From an uncultured Acidimicrobiia bacterium (GTDB taxonomy: Bacteria; Acidobacteriota; Terriglobia; Versatilivoradales; Versatilivoraceae): DNA of 64,000 nucleotides. A program made the translations under genes and the position numbers. How positions within the stretch are numbered: the first letter of the stretch is position 1; the number at the start of each line of letters is the position of its first letter. The stretch lies in assembly GCA_963786955.1 (NCBI GenBank), contig CAWBAT010000006.1, positions 320,001-384,000 on the forward strand, given 5' to 3'. A model generated the notes under the pieces. It did no database searches. It was not told where the DNA came from and was given only the letters and a program-made list of their open reading frames with translations. This document shows positions 1 through 10,420 of the stretch, piece by piece.

Positions 1-420
1 GGTTCCCATCACTAAGCCTGAATAGAATCCTGCCCGAGGCCCGTAGGCCCAAGCTCCCATGATCGCGGTAACCCACATCAAGGCAGTCGCACCGAGCGCG
101 ATCGGTAATCGCGCCGCCCAGTCATGCACGCCGAAAACGGCGTAACAGACTGCCGTTAACCAGTAGCCCAACGGAGATTTTTCAAGGTAGAGAACGCCAT
201 TGATTCGGGCCGTCACCCAATCGCCGGATTCCAGCATCGTTCGGGCAATCTGCGCATTGACGGCATCTACATCGTCCATCAGCGAAGGAGGGGAAAGAAT
301 CGTCCCGACATAAATCGCTATCCCGACGACGAGAAGGATTAAAGTGTGGGTGAGGTTTCTTGAACGGCCATGGAACGAGCTAGCGGTTCCATTTGTTGGA
401 AGGGGGATTGAATTTGCCAT
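1..420 (-). CDS. ArnT/PMT-like (GT83/GT39) membrane glycosyltransferase, N-terminal part; runs off the window
   Basis: Manual translation: MANSIP...LILLVVGIAIYVGTILSPPSLMDDVDAVNAQIARTMLESGDWVTARINGVLYLEKSPLGYWLTAVCYAVFGVHDWAARLP, the typical ArnT N-terminus (A.xM..SGDW....NG..Y.EKxPL.YW). Not in the ORF track. Overlaps the asnB 3' end. Confidence 0.85.
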   Translation of the reverse strand, partial: MANSIPLPTNGTASSFHGRSRNLTHTLILLVVGIAIYVGTILSPPSLMDDVDAVNAQIARTMLESGDWVTARINGVLYLEKSPLGYWLTAVCYAVFGVHDWAARLPIALGATALMWVTAIMGAWAYGPRAGFYSGLVMGT

Positions 421-2270
421 TTTTCCATCCACAACAGAAGGATCAGTATCCCCCAGAGGTGAAAGCCCATGTTCACCCGCCCCTCCGAATGCGCCTGCAA
501 CCAATCGTCCAATACCTCAGACCGAAAAATCCCGGTCTTTGAAAGCGCTGAAGGGCGGGTGACCTCGAGGAGAAGAGGTTTCAGTTCACGGCGCAACCAA
601 TCGTGAGCCGGAATATCAAACCCCATTTTTGCGCGTGTCAAAACCTGCTTGGGGAGTTTATCGCGCATTAACCGTTTCAATAGATATTTTTGGCGTGTCC
701 CACGAATCTTGAATTTTTGGGGGAGCCGGGCTGCAAACTCAACGATTTCGTGATCCAGAAAGGGAGGCCGAACCTCCAGAGAATGGGCCATGCTCATACG
801 ATCCACTTTCGCCAAGATATCGTCGGGCAAATAGTATTTCTGATCAAACTGGAGAAGCTGATTCAGCTTGTCTGGGGAATTCATTCCATTCATTAAATTC
901 TCGGCCGTCCAAGGGCTCTTTCGTTCGTAGGCGCAGAGCCGATTCTTTTGTTCCTCAGAAAATGTGCCATTCCAATAACAGTGAGCGTCGGAAGCAGGAA
1001 GAAAGGAGCCTTCCAGAAACCGTTTTGCCATGTATTCAAGACCAATTTTTTCATCCGAAACTGGCCAATACCGTTTCATTAAATCTAACGCCGAACGCCT
1101 TAGAAATTGTGGGGTCACACGCATGAGGCTGGCGAGCCGATCTGCCTGATAGGTGAGATAGCCTCCAAATAATTCATCCGCACCTTCTCCAGAAAGAGCC
1201 ACGGTGACGTGCTGGCGGCTCAGTTGTGAAACATACCAGACGGGCAGCGAAGACGAATCGCCACAAGGTTCGTCGGCGTATTCAGCAAACTGACGGATGG
1301 TACTCTCAAGGTCCAGGTCACGCGAAAGATTAAATTCGTGATGTTCGGTATCGTACTGTTCCGCTACCGTGCGTGCATAATGACTCTCATCAAAGCGACG
1401 CCCCTCGAAAGAGATCGAGAAGGTCTTTAATTGTCTGCCAGATTCTGTAGCGGCGTAATGAACAATCGTGCTCGAGTCTACCCCTCCGCTGAGCAAGATT
1501 CCCAGGGGCACATCCGAAATCAAATGTTCCCGGATCGAACGCCGCATGAGTTCGTCCAGTTCCTCAAGTGCGTCGGCTTCTTTTAGATCCATCACGGGCT
1601 GAAACTCTAGACCCCAATAAGGCAGGATTCCGAATTCCCCTCCAGTCCATTCCAAGTAATGGCCGGGCGGGAGTTTCTCGATGCCTTCGACCAAGGTCCG
1701 AGGGCCAGGAACGTAGTTCAGGGATAGGTATTGGTCGAGCGCAATTAAATCGATCGTTCGGGGTATCTGAGGATGGGCAAACAGGACCTTCATTTCCGAT
1801 CCAAAATAAATCTCTCCTCGTCGGTTCGTAAAATAGAGGGGCTTAATCCCCATTCGGTCTCGCGCCAGAATCAGGCGGCCTTCGGGCACCTGCCACAGGG
1901 CAATGGCAAACATTCCTTTAAGCTTCTCGAAGCAACCGGTATCCCATTCGAGGAACGCATGCAAAACCACTTCGGTATCCGAGTTGGAACTGAAGCGGTG
2001 TCCACGCCCAATCAAAATCTGACGAATTTCCTTGTAGTTGTAAATCTCACCGTTGTAAACCAGTATTGTCTGCCCGTCCTCGCTCTGCATGGGTTGCTGT
2101 CCACCCTCCAGATCGATGATCTTCAGGCGAACGGCTCCCATGGAAACTTGATCCGACAGATACGTCCCATCCTGATCCGGCCCACGGTGGCGGATCATCC
2201 GGATAATTCGACGTATCAGTGTCTGATCAAGCGGCCGAGTTGAGTGAGTGTAACCGGCTATTCCACACAC
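339..2270 (-). CDS. asnB: Asparagine synthase (glutamine-hydrolysing)-like amidotransferase
   Basis: GTG start giving the Ntn N-terminus CGIAG; motifs HRGPD, NGEIYN, SDTEV, LSGGVDSS, SGEGADELFGGY, KVDRMSMAHSLEVRPPFLD. Confidence 0.93.
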   Translation of the reverse strand: MCGIAGYTHSTRPLDQTLIRRIIRMIRHRGPDQDGTYLSDQVSMGAVRLKIIDLEGGQQPMQSEDGQTILVYNGEIYNYKEIRQILIGRGHRFSSNSDTEVVLHAFLEWDTGCFEKLKGMFAIALWQVPEGRLILARDRMGIKPLYFTNRRGEIYFGSEMKVLFAHPQIPRTIDLIALDQYLSLNYVPGPRTLVEGIEKLPPGHYLEWTGGEFGILPYWGLEFQPVMDLKEADALEELDELMRRSIREHLISDVPLGILLSGGVDSSTIVHYAATESGRQLKTFSISFEGRRFDESHYARTVAEQYDTEHHEFNLSRDLDLESTIRQFAEYADEPCGDSSSLPVWYVSQLSRQHVTVALSGEGADELFGGYLTYQADRLASLMRVTPQFLRRSALDLMKRYWPVSDEKIGLEYMAKRFLEGSFLPASDAHCYWNGTFSEEQKNRLCAYERKSPWTAENLMNGMNSPDKLNQLLQFDQKYYLPDDILAKVDRMSMAHSLEVRPPFLDHEIVEFAARLPQKFKIRGTRQKYLLKRLMRDKLPKQVLTRAKMGFDIPAHDWLRRELKPLLLEVTRPSALSKTGIFRSEVLDDWLQAHSEGRVNMGFHLWGILILLLWMEKWQIQSPFQQMEPLARSMAVQETSPTL

Positions 2271-2363
2271 GGTGTTCGAGAGTCCATGGAAAGAGGGATG
2301 CAAAAGACAGACATGAAAGGAGACCTTCTTGGGTCAGTTGGAGATCGACAACGCCCGCAACGA

Positions 2364-3798
2364 TCAGGGCGCAGCCTGAGCGCGGACGAATCGTTTTCTC
2401 CGAGCACGCAGTTGCAGGTATTCTTTGGCTTCTTTATATAATCGGCGCCGGTCATTGTTATTAAACATGGCACGCCGGAGGATTCGATAAACGATTCGGG
2501 GACGAAAATAGTACCGGTCATAGAAGTACTCAACCGCTTCGACAATCTCTTTGCGACTCAGCCCCGGGTACTCGATATTTGGCAATTGATGGCCCAGCTC
2601 GTCGGTCATCGCGTCGTCGGTGTAGTAGTTGTTCTTCTTGAGATAGGAATCGAATTCAGTACCGGGATAAGCATGGGCAATCGAAACTTGAATGGTTTCA
2701 CAATCCAGCTGTTCCGCATAGCGGATCGACCGCTGGATGGACTCCTTGGTTTCTCCCGGCAAGTCCCACAATGAAATCTCCATGAACCGCTAGCCCCAAG
2801 CGTTTGCAATTCTTCATGAATTCCACTCCCTGCTCAGCAGTGGCGCCTTTCTTGATATTATCCAAGACCATCTGATCTCCCGATTCGAAGCCGACAATCA
2901 TCAATCGGCAACCCGCCTCCTTCATGGCTTTCAGAGTCTCGTAATCGGTATGCACTCGGGAAGTACAGGACCAGGTGAATTTCAGTGGTTTCAGTTTCTG
3001 ACAAATATCCAGCACCCGGTTCTTCCCCCAGGCAAAGGTGTCATCATCAAAGAAGATTTCCTTGATGTTGGGAAATAATTCGAGTGCCCGCTTCACTTCT
3101 GCCGCCACGTTTTCGCTGCTCCGAATCCTCCAGGCATGCCCGCTGATCGTTTGCGGCCATAAACAAAACGTGCACAGGGCCGGGCAACCCCGAGAGGTGT
3201 AGAAAGCAACATAGGGGTTCAGCAGAAACGGCACATTATAGCGGGTAATGTCCAAATCTCTTTTGTATACATCAACAGCAAAGGGGAGACTATCTAGATC
3301 TTCAATCCGCGGACGGTCAGGATTGTGTACAATGCCTCCATTCTGTCTGAAACTAATCCCCTGGATATCCTCCAACTTCTTCCCCGAGGCAAATTCTGCG
3401 ACCGAGTAGTCAAATTCTTTCCGAGCAACAAAATCAATTACCGAGGAGACCTGCAGACTCTTCTCCGGTTCCACCGTAACCGGAGGTCCTACCAAGGCAA
3501 TTTTGAGAGTCGGGTTGACCTCTTTCATCATTTCCGCCAGCCGGATTTCATTCTTGAACCCAGGAGTGCTCGTGAAAATGACGAGTAAATTCATAATCCT
3601 TGGCAATCTCAACCGTCTCCTCAGGAGTGACACCGTGAGAAGGCGCATCCAGCAACCGGCTGTTTGGATCAAGCCTGCCGGGTAAGCCAGCCACACGGGG
3701 TACCAAAAGGAGGCAATTTCCCGAGTCGCAGGCCAGCGGGAGCTGGCGCCGCCATCAAAGTTGGGGAAGGAAGGGGGGTTCAGCAAAAGAGTTTTCAT
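2364..3798 (-). CDS. hpnJ: Hopanoid-associated B12-binding radical SAM protein HpnJ (frameshifted)
   Basis: N-terminus MKTLLLNPPSFPNFDGGASSRWPATREIASFWYPVWLAYPAG; RGCPALCTFCLWPQT; C-terminus (IQVSIAHAYPGTE, FYFRP-like) lies in ORF 2364-2783. Confidence 0.9.
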
Positions 3799-3884
3799 CA
3801 AGCCTCCGGTTGTGTTATTGATTGGCCGGCCACGAATGCGACTCAAGGGCCGACTTTGCTGGAATCCATTTAAGACACAGACAA

Positions 3885-3904
3885 TGCCATTGGGCCAAAT
3901 GGCA
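3885..3904. promoter_or_regulatory. 20-bp near-perfect palindrome between divergent hpnJ and hpnI
   Basis: TGCCATTGGGCCAAATGGCA; 18 of 20 positions are self-complementary. Confidence 0.35.
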
Positions 3905-4012
3905 ACAAACTCAGGTGTTTACAATAGGGCGTGCGGGCAGAACTGTCAAGTCTCATGAAGGATATTCGACCACGCCGAATGTTGAAATAAGCAGAGCTGC
4001 TCTCTTCGCTTT

Positions 4013-5202
4013 ATGCACAACCTCATCCTTGTCGTTCTGAAGTTTTGCTTTGGGCACCTGCGATCGGAGGAATCGCCTATTTCCTGCTGGCCATTTTGGC
4101 AGTCCAAAGACTCAGAGCGAAAGCATGCCATAGCGAATGTGAGCCAGGACTACTTCCCGCCAGTCAGCCTACTCAAGCCGCTTTGCGGTATAGACCCGGA
4201 ATTGGGGAAAAACCTCGAAACTTTCTTCCGGCAGGATTACCGTTATTTTGAAATTCTATTTGCCGTCCGGGACGAGTCGGATCCTTCAGTGGCTCTGGTT
4301 CAGAACTCATGAAGCGCTTCGCGAATATCCCTTGCACACTCATTGTGACCGGGGAACTCTCCTTACCCCAATGCCAAAGTATTTAGTCTCGAAAAGATGG
4401 CCATAGGTTGCCAGCCATGGTCTCTTGGTCATAACTGATAGCGATGTCTCTGTCGCTCCCAATTATCTCAAAACGATTGCCCGCTCATTCGAGGCAAAAG
4501 AAGTGGGACTCGTCACCAATCTTTATCGGGGCGTCGGAGGACAAGATCTTTGGTCAAAGCTCGAGGCTCTCGGGATGAGCACAGAATTTATGGCAGGAGT
4601 TATCGTTGCCGAATTTCTCGAAGGGATGAAGTTCAGTTTGGGTCCTTCGATGGCCATCAGCACAACTTGTCTTCGGGCAATTGGGGGGTTCGGTTCTTTG
4701 GCTGATTACCTGGCTGACGATTTCATCTTGGGCGAAAAAGTCTTTCTCCAGGGATTTAGAGTCGTTCTGTCAGCCGATGTGATCAATCATCATGCTTATT
4801 CTACAGGGTTCCAAAACAGCTTCAAACATCGTCTCCGTTGGAATCGCAGTAGTCGTTTTTCTCGCCCTGCCGGATATTTCGGCCAGGGGTTCACATACGG
4901 CCTTCCGTGGGCCACTCATCCTCTTCCTCTTCACCCCGACGGGGTGGAGTGCCACTTTGCTTCTCGGTTCAGCCATACTGCGAGGATGGTTGGCCTATGC
5001 CATGGGGAAACAGCTTCTCGGAGATTCGTCCGTAATACGTCGCCTCTGGCTTGTGCCATTACAGGACGTTTTGAGCTTCGCGACCTGGGTGGGAGGATTT
5101 TTCGGTACGGAAGTGGTTTGGCGAGGAGAGCGCTACCGAATCCAGAGGGGTGGCCGTTTTACTAGGATCCCAGATCCCCTCGCTCCGCCCGAGAAAATGT
5201 AG
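4013..5202 (+). CDS. hpnI: HpnI-like GT21/GT2 glycosyltransferase, copy 1 (frameshifted)
   Basis: [64 protein letters not shown], spread over ORFs 4013/4425/4792. Confidence 0.85.
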
Positions 5203-5242
5203 AGATCTTTCACCGGGACCCGAAAGCCGGGGAAAAGCGACA

Positions 5243-6823
5243 TTACAGTTCACCCGGTCTCAGGACCAATCCCGTGGTGAATCGTATTCCCCCGGAGTAA
5301 TTGCCCTGCATGAATTCGCGCAGGTTTGTCCTGACGTACTGGACGTTACCAAGCCGAATCGCAAGTCCACGCTTAATTTTCAAATCGACACCCCCGCCGA
5401 TAGCACTCGCAAAAACATTCGCTTCAGCCGCTCTTGCGATCTCTTTGTAGTGGTGATAAAGGGGAAGGTTCAACCATTCGTCCGGGGTATCCAGGAAATG
5501 ACTGAGTGGATAAATCCTATCCAGATTTATAGCGTTTCCTCCCACAAGCAAGTCAAGGTAAATGTTCCATCGGTCTGTGGGATGGTATGAAAAGCGAGGT
5601 CCGAAGAGGTAGGTCAAAGAATCGCCACTGATGTTGGGTGTATCGATTGCGATCTTGCAACCACTCACGTCAGCAACAGCCCCCAGCCAACGATTTATTG
5701 GAATCACACCGGTAGCGCCACCGCCACTGCAACCTCCTGAATTGATTCCTCTGTGAGAGTACTGGGAATAAGCATAATAGGCAGAAAATTCAAATGCGCG
5801 AAATCCGGTGGAGTTCCCCTCGCTCCCTTGTTTGCCAGAGTGAGAGCTGGGAAGAAACGATTTGCTGCCCGAAACATCCGATCCTGATGGGGACTTTCTT
5901 GTGGAAGCTATTGACCAAAGATTCGGATCGTATTCATTGACGCCTGGCCTGGTATAGCGCTCCCAAGGGCGTTTGAACGCTACCACATTGGCGTAACTGC
6001 GGGCTGGATTGAGCAGCGATCTTGCCATGGCTCTCGCAAATCGATTTCGGGTATGCCCTTCAATGCGTTTGACTATATATTTGTCGATCGAGTCTTCCGC
6101 CATCATCCACCCCAACCCTAATACTGGGGTCCACACATGGTCCACAAACCCGACTTCTGGATACTCCTGCTGCACGTTTCCAAGAGAAGCTTCGCTAATC
6201 GGCCCAATCTCAAATAAGGTGCTGTAGACCCATGAGAAAGCGGTTGCCCGTAGCCGACTTTTCCAGTACATGGAATTCATTCCAAACTCGGTGCGGCGAT
6301 ATTTCGGGTCATTCTGCACCCAAATGAAGCCCGTAACAGCCCCTTGAAAAGGGTGCGCTATGAAGTTGGCTTTAACCCCACCTCCGTCGGACCACCCATG
6401 GAGATTCCCAGCACTTGCAAAGTAATCACGCAAAAAGGGCCCCTTTAGTTCGGCTCTGGTTTTTTCCTCAGTCGCCAGACGGAACCCATTTTGGAGCACC
6501 AGGGTAAACAAGGACTCCCCAATCAAGGACTTCCATTGAACCGAGGGCTCTTTCTTCGATTCGTCAACTTCTTCCGCTTCCCCCAAAACAGGCCTGACTG
6601 CGAATCCAAGTGAAAATATCAGGACAAAGAAACAGAGGAGAAAAGCTTTGGCTACTTTCCTCAAGGGCAAGCCAACTAGACAAGCCCACGAGAAGGAAGC
6701 CGGAACGCATATGGCAGGATTGGGACACTCCATCGCGCGGAATATATCGTCAACTCGAACCATTTTATCTATTTTTGCTTTCACCGGCATAAACTGAAGT
6801 CGAATTAAATTGAATCCAAACAT
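5243..6823 (-). CDS. Exported/outer-membrane protein: DUF3943-like N-domain plus C-terminal beta-barrel (paralog B); start uncertain
   Basis: Signal-like hydrophobic segment; GWSDG...NFIAHPFQGA, FEIGPISEASLG; C-terminal amphipathic strands (TYLFGPRFSY, IGGGVDLKI, RFTTGLVLR). Confidence 0.65.
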   Translation of the reverse strand: MFGFNLIRLQFMPVKAKIDKMVRVDDIFRAMECPNPAICVPASFSWACLVGLPLRKVAKAFLLCFFVLIFSLGFAVRPVLGEAEEVDESKKEPSVQWKSLIGESLFTLVLQNGFRLATEEKTRAELKGPFLRDYFASAGNLHGWSDGGGVKANFIAHPFQGAVTGFIWVQNDPKYRRTEFGMNSMYWKSRLRATAFSWVYSTLFEIGPISEASLGNVQQEYPEVGFVDHVWTPVLGLGWMMAEDSIDKYIVKRIEGHTRNRFARAMARSLLNPARSYANVVAFKRPWERYTRPGVNEYDPNLWSIASTRKSPSGSDVSGSKSFLPSSHSGKQGSEGNSTGFRAFEFSAYYAYSQYSHRGINSGGCSGGGATGVIPINRWLGAVADVSGCKIAIDTPNISGDSLTYLFGPRFSYHPTDRWNIYLDLLVGGNAINLDRIYPLSHFLDTPDEWLNLPLYHHYKEIARAAEANVFASAIGGGVDLKIKRGLAIRLGNVQYVRTNLREFMQGNYSGGIRFTTGLVLRPGEL

Positions 6824-6862
6824 TTCACAAAAATTCGGCCAGCCACCCTACTGGAGCCGCAT

Positions 6863-6873
6863 AGTATAGCATC
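6863..6873 (-). promoter_or_regulatory. Extended -10 element upstream of outer-membrane paralog B
   Basis: Minus strand GATGCTATACT (TGnTATACT); the identical 11-mer occurs at 16296-16306 upstream of paralog A. Confidence 0.5.
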
Positions 6874-6914
6874 ACTTATCCTGAATTCCGAAATTAGGGT
6901 TAATTGGGAACTGG

Positions 6915-7012
6915 GTAGGGAACGGACGCTGTTCCGTTCCTGGTTGAATAGCTAAGGGATTTAGATTCAACGCTTCGTAGGATACGGGAACGCTACGGCG
7001 AGCGTTCCCTAC
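6915..7012. repeat. REPIN-like doublet of GTAG-REP palindromes
   Basis: GTAGGGAACGG..CCGTTCC and inverted GGGAACGCT..AGCGTTCCCTAC, with an internal GTTGAAT..ATTCAAC hairpin. Confidence 0.7.
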
Positions 7013-7117
7013 AAGAAATGCGGAATTTTTTTACACCTTCCCTTCACAGGTAGGAATGGCAGAGCTGGGGGATCGCTGCCCCTCAAAATCGACATATTGT
7101 CACATTGCCTCTTCTGC

Positions 7118-7181
7118 TCAACTCTCCCGATACAGCATCAGGATGACGCCGACCAAGACAAGGCAGACCGGCCAGATCTTA
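7118..7181 (-). repeat. 64-bp direct repeat, a displaced copy of the copD 3' end including its stop codon
   Basis: Identical to 12630-12693 (TCAACTCTCCCGATACAGCATCAGG...CGGCCAGATCTTA). Confidence 0.95.
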
Positions 7182-7249
7182 AGCTGATTCCGACGCTGCT
7201 TGCTGCGGGTCTTTTCAACACTTCACAGGCCCAACGCTCTCCATTTGAA

Positions 7250-8485
7250 TTACGGAAGAAGAGAACCCACGCACGGACAGGAAATCAGATCTTTCGATGG
7301 GAACCTGCTCAACATCCTGACGCCATCTTTCGTTACGACAAACTGTTCCTCGATTCGCGCCCCTTCGTTTCCTTCGCCGCAGTAAGTCTCGAATGCCATG
7401 ACCATACCTTCTTCGTAGGTCTCGGGATGGTCGAACGAAAAGAATCGACTGGTGACCGGTTTTCCCCAGTGAGTGATGCCGATGCCGTGCCCGACTTGCA
7501 GCGCGAAGGCTTCGGCCTCGTTTGAAAGGCCCAAATCCTTCGCCCCCGGCCAAACCCCCGCCACATCAGCGGTGCTGACGCCAGGCTTTACCATATTGAT
7601 GGCATCAAACAGCCAGTCATAGCACCGCTTGTACACATCCAATTGTTTTTGCGAGGGCTTGCCGATGCAAAAGGTTTGATAATAGCAGGTTTTGTACCCG
7701 TTGAAGACGCTCACCACATCGATAAAGAGCATGTCTCCCATGCGGAGCATCCGATCGGAGAAATCGTGAGGATGAGGGTGAGATCGGTTCCCGGAAATCA
7801 CATTGATGTTTTGCATTTCCTCGGCGCCATAACGATACATGACTTCGCGCATCATGCCGGCGATATCGAGTTCGCGAACACCTGGTTTGGACGTGTTCAC
7901 GACTTCCCAAAATGCGGCTTCCACGATGGCTATGGACGTCTCGATCAGCTCTACCTCTTCCGCGGTTTTGATCTTGGAAGCATTCAAGAGGGTCTGTTGA
8001 CCGTCGACCACGGTGATGCCCTCGGATTCGAGCGCTCTGAGAATCGGAATTTCAGCGATATCCAGACCGATTGGCTCGTTTGCCACGCCCAATTCCCGCA
8101 GATGGCTCTTGATCATGACGGCGAATTTCTTCGCATTCTCCATCACGACATTCGTCGGGAATGCGCCGCGCCACGTCCCTATCGAGGGATACATTCGCTC
8201 CGCAATCCAGGGGCAAAGCACCTTCTTGGCCGCTATGGCGCTCCCCAGTTCGTAGAGAATCGGTTCCTTGTCCACGGTGACTAGGGCGCTGCGAAGCAGC
8301 TTATTATTCGCCCAATCGTTGACTTTGGTGCTTGTGATATACCGTATCCAGTCCTGGTCGAAGCAGAGCAGCGTCGCGATCCCGTCTTTCTTCATCTGCT
8401 CTTTCGTTTTTCGCAGCCGGTCCTTTCGCAACTTGTCGTAGTCAATGCGAATCTCACAGTCCTTCGCCATTAAGCCTAGTGTCAT
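7250..8485 (-). CDS. M24 (Xaa-Pro peptidase/creatinase-fold) hydrolase
   Basis: Creatinase-like N-domain; pita-bread fold motifs D(VVSVFNGYKT)C, GHGIG, ETY, RIEE. Confidence 0.85.
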   Translation of the reverse strand: MTLGLMAKDCEIRIDYDKLRKDRLRKTKEQMKKDGIATLLCFDQDWIRYITSTKVNDWANNKLLRSALVTVDKEPILYELGSAIAAKKVLCPWIAERMYPSIGTWRGAFPTNVVMENAKKFAVMIKSHLRELGVANEPIGLDIAEIPILRALESEGITVVDGQQTLLNASKIKTAEEVELIETSIAIVEAAFWEVVNTSKPGVRELDIAGMMREVMYRYGAEEMQNINVISGNRSHPHPHDFSDRMLRMGDMLFIDVVSVFNGYKTCYYQTFCIGKPSQKQLDVYKRCYDWLFDAINMVKPGVSTADVAGVWPGAKDLGLSNEAEAFALQVGHGIGITHWGKPVTSRFFSFDHPETYEEGMVMAFETYCGEGNEGARIEEQFVVTKDGVRMLSRFPSKDLISCPCVGSLLP

Positions 8486-8541
8486 TCATCACCTCCATCG
8501 GAGTATCTTTCGCATAGAAGAACTTAGGGTCTCAACGTATT

Positions 8542-9342
8542 TCACGCGAAGTAAAGACCCCCGTTAATATTGATGAGTTGTCCCGTGACGTACGATCCCG
8601 ATTCGGACGCCAGCCAGAGGATGGCACCCGCCGAGTCACGCCCTTCGCCATATCGCCCGAGGGGTATCGTTTTCAGTTCCTCTTGCTGGAGTTCTTCAAA
8701 GGTGATTCCACGATCTTGGGATTCAGCTTTCATGAAGCTCCAATGCATCTCACTGGCCGCCAAACCGGGGCAAATGGCATTGACGTTGACGTTGTAGGGG
8801 GCCATTTCACGAGCCAGCGCGGTCGTAAAAGTATGGACAGCACCCTTCGACGCGCAGTAGGCCGAATACCCGGGAAAGCCCACTTTGCCGCCGTAGGATC
8901 CAAGGTTAATGATGCTGCCGCTCTTTTGTTTCATCATCTGCCGAGCCGCGTACTTGCATCCGAAGAATTCCCCGTAAAAGTTCACCGCGAAGAGCTTGTC
9001 GACCGTTTCCTTCGGCATGTCGGCGACCAGGCCTTCGTGCAAATGCATTCCCGCATTGTTCACCATGATGTCCAGACGTCCCAGCTTTTTCACTGCGCCC
9101 TCTACGAGCTGCTTCACCTGGCTTTCATCGGACACATCCGTGATCTCGGCGTATCCCTTGTTGTCGGGATGTTTCTCTTTGATGCCTGCAAACGTCTCTT
9201 TAACTTGCGGGAGAACATCAGACACCACAACGTGGACCCCCGCAGCGGCCAAAGCTTCCGCAGTTCCCTTACCCAAACCACGACCAGCGCCGGTAACGAT
9301 CGCTACCTTTCCGGCTACCTCACGCAGAGGTTCAAGATTCAT
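8542..9342 (-). CDS. SDR family NAD-dependent oxidoreductase
   Basis: TGAGRGLG, NNAG, YCASK, VNAICPG, TGQLININGG. Confidence 0.92.
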   Translation of the reverse strand: MNLEPLREVAGKVAIVTGAGRGLGKGTAEALAAAGVHVVVSDVLPQVKETFAGIKEKHPDNKGYAEITDVSDESQVKQLVEGAVKKLGRLDIMVNNAGMHLHEGLVADMPKETVDKLFAVNFYGEFFGCKYAARQMMKQKSGSIINLGSYGGKVGFPGYSAYCASKGAVHTFTTALAREMAPYNVNVNAICPGLAASEMHWSFMKAESQDRGITFEELQQEELKTIPLGRYGEGRDSAGAILWLASESGSYVTGQLININGGLYFA

Positions 9343-9394
9343 TGTCTTACCTCCTCCATTTGCTTAGCTTGCATCACAGGCTCCGAGGCCAATA

Positions 9395-10408
9395 TCAGTC
9401 AATCAGTTTCAGCACCGCCTGCTTGATATTTTCTCGATTGGGACGATAATAGCTCTCCATCTGCGGAGAAAAAGGGACGGGAATGTCGGGCGAAGCAACG
9501 CGAACAACCGGTGCGCTCAAATAGTCGCTCATCTTCGAGCCCAGCGAAGCTGCAATTTCCGCGCTCCACCCGCCCGTTTTGGGACCTTCTTCAACAATGA
9601 CCACTCGCGTCGTCTTCATGACGGACTCTTCGACAAGGTCCCAATCGAACGGGCTGAGAGAACGAGGATCAATGACTTCCACGCTTACGCCCTCCGCCGC
9701 CAATTCCTCGGCGGCGTTCATTGCCACGTGCATCATCAAGAGTGTGGCCACGATCGTCACGTGGGAACCTTGCCGGCGAACAATCCCCTTGCCAATGGGG
9801 ATTGTGTAATCTTCCGCCGGAATGGCATCCGAGGCATCTACCGCACCCGTCGCCTGGCCCAGTCCTTTGGATCCGTACAGTAGTTTGTGCTCAAACATCA
9901 TCACCGGGTTGTCATCGCGGATCGCCGACTTCAAAAGCCCCTTGGCATCGTAGGCTGTAGCAGGACAAACGACCTTCAGACCAGGCACTCCCACGAAGAA
10001 CCGTTCAAGATTCTGGGCGTGTTGAGCTCCGCGTCCGGTGGCCCCCACTGGGGCACGGATGACGAGGGGTACTTTCGTTTTCCCACCGGACATGTAACGC
10101 ATTTTGGCAGCCTGATTAATGATCTGGTCCATGGCCAAGAAAAGAAAATCGCCGTATTGAACGTCGATCACTGGACGCATACCCATGATCGCCGCGCCCA
10201 CAGCCACGCCGAAATATCCGAGTTCCGAAATGGGCGTGTCCAGGAGTTGGCTGCGGTATTCTTCCTCCAGCCCCAAAGTGACGGTAAACACCCCTCCCCA
10301 GCCGCCAGGGATGCTGATATCCTCGCCCATGCAGAACACGTTCGGATCCCTCGACATCTCTTCAGCCAGACCTTCCCGTAAGGCCTGCGAAATGGATAGC
10401 CTCTTCAA
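9395..10408 (-). CDS. 2-oxoacid/acetoin dehydrogenase E1 beta subunit
   Basis: DTPISE, DQIINQAAKMRYMSGG, AQHAQ, PATAYDAKGLLKSAIRDDNPV, EVIDPRSL. Confidence 0.93.
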   Translation of the reverse strand: MKRLSISQALREGLAEEMSRDPNVFCMGEDISIPGGWGGVFTVTLGLEEEYRSQLLDTPISELGYFGVAVGAAIMGMRPVIDVQYGDFLFLAMDQIINQAAKMRYMSGGKTKVPLVIRAPVGATGRGAQHAQNLERFFVGVPGLKVVCPATAYDAKGLLKSAIRDDNPVMMFEHKLLYGSKGLGQATGAVDASDAIPAEDYTIPIGKGIVRRQGSHVTIVATLLMMHVAMNAAEELAAEGVSVEVIDPRSLSPFDWDLVEESVMKTTRVVIVEEGPKTGGWSAEIAASLGSKMSDYLSAPVVRVASPDIPVPFSPQMESYYRPNRENIKQAVLKLID

Positions 10409-10420
10409 CAGTTGTTCCTC

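Noticed and set aside
7097-7525. Plus-strand ORFs antisense to cassette genes (also 8578-9426 and 11481-12347)
   Set aside because: Shadow ORFs opposite well-supported genes, with no recognisable motifs
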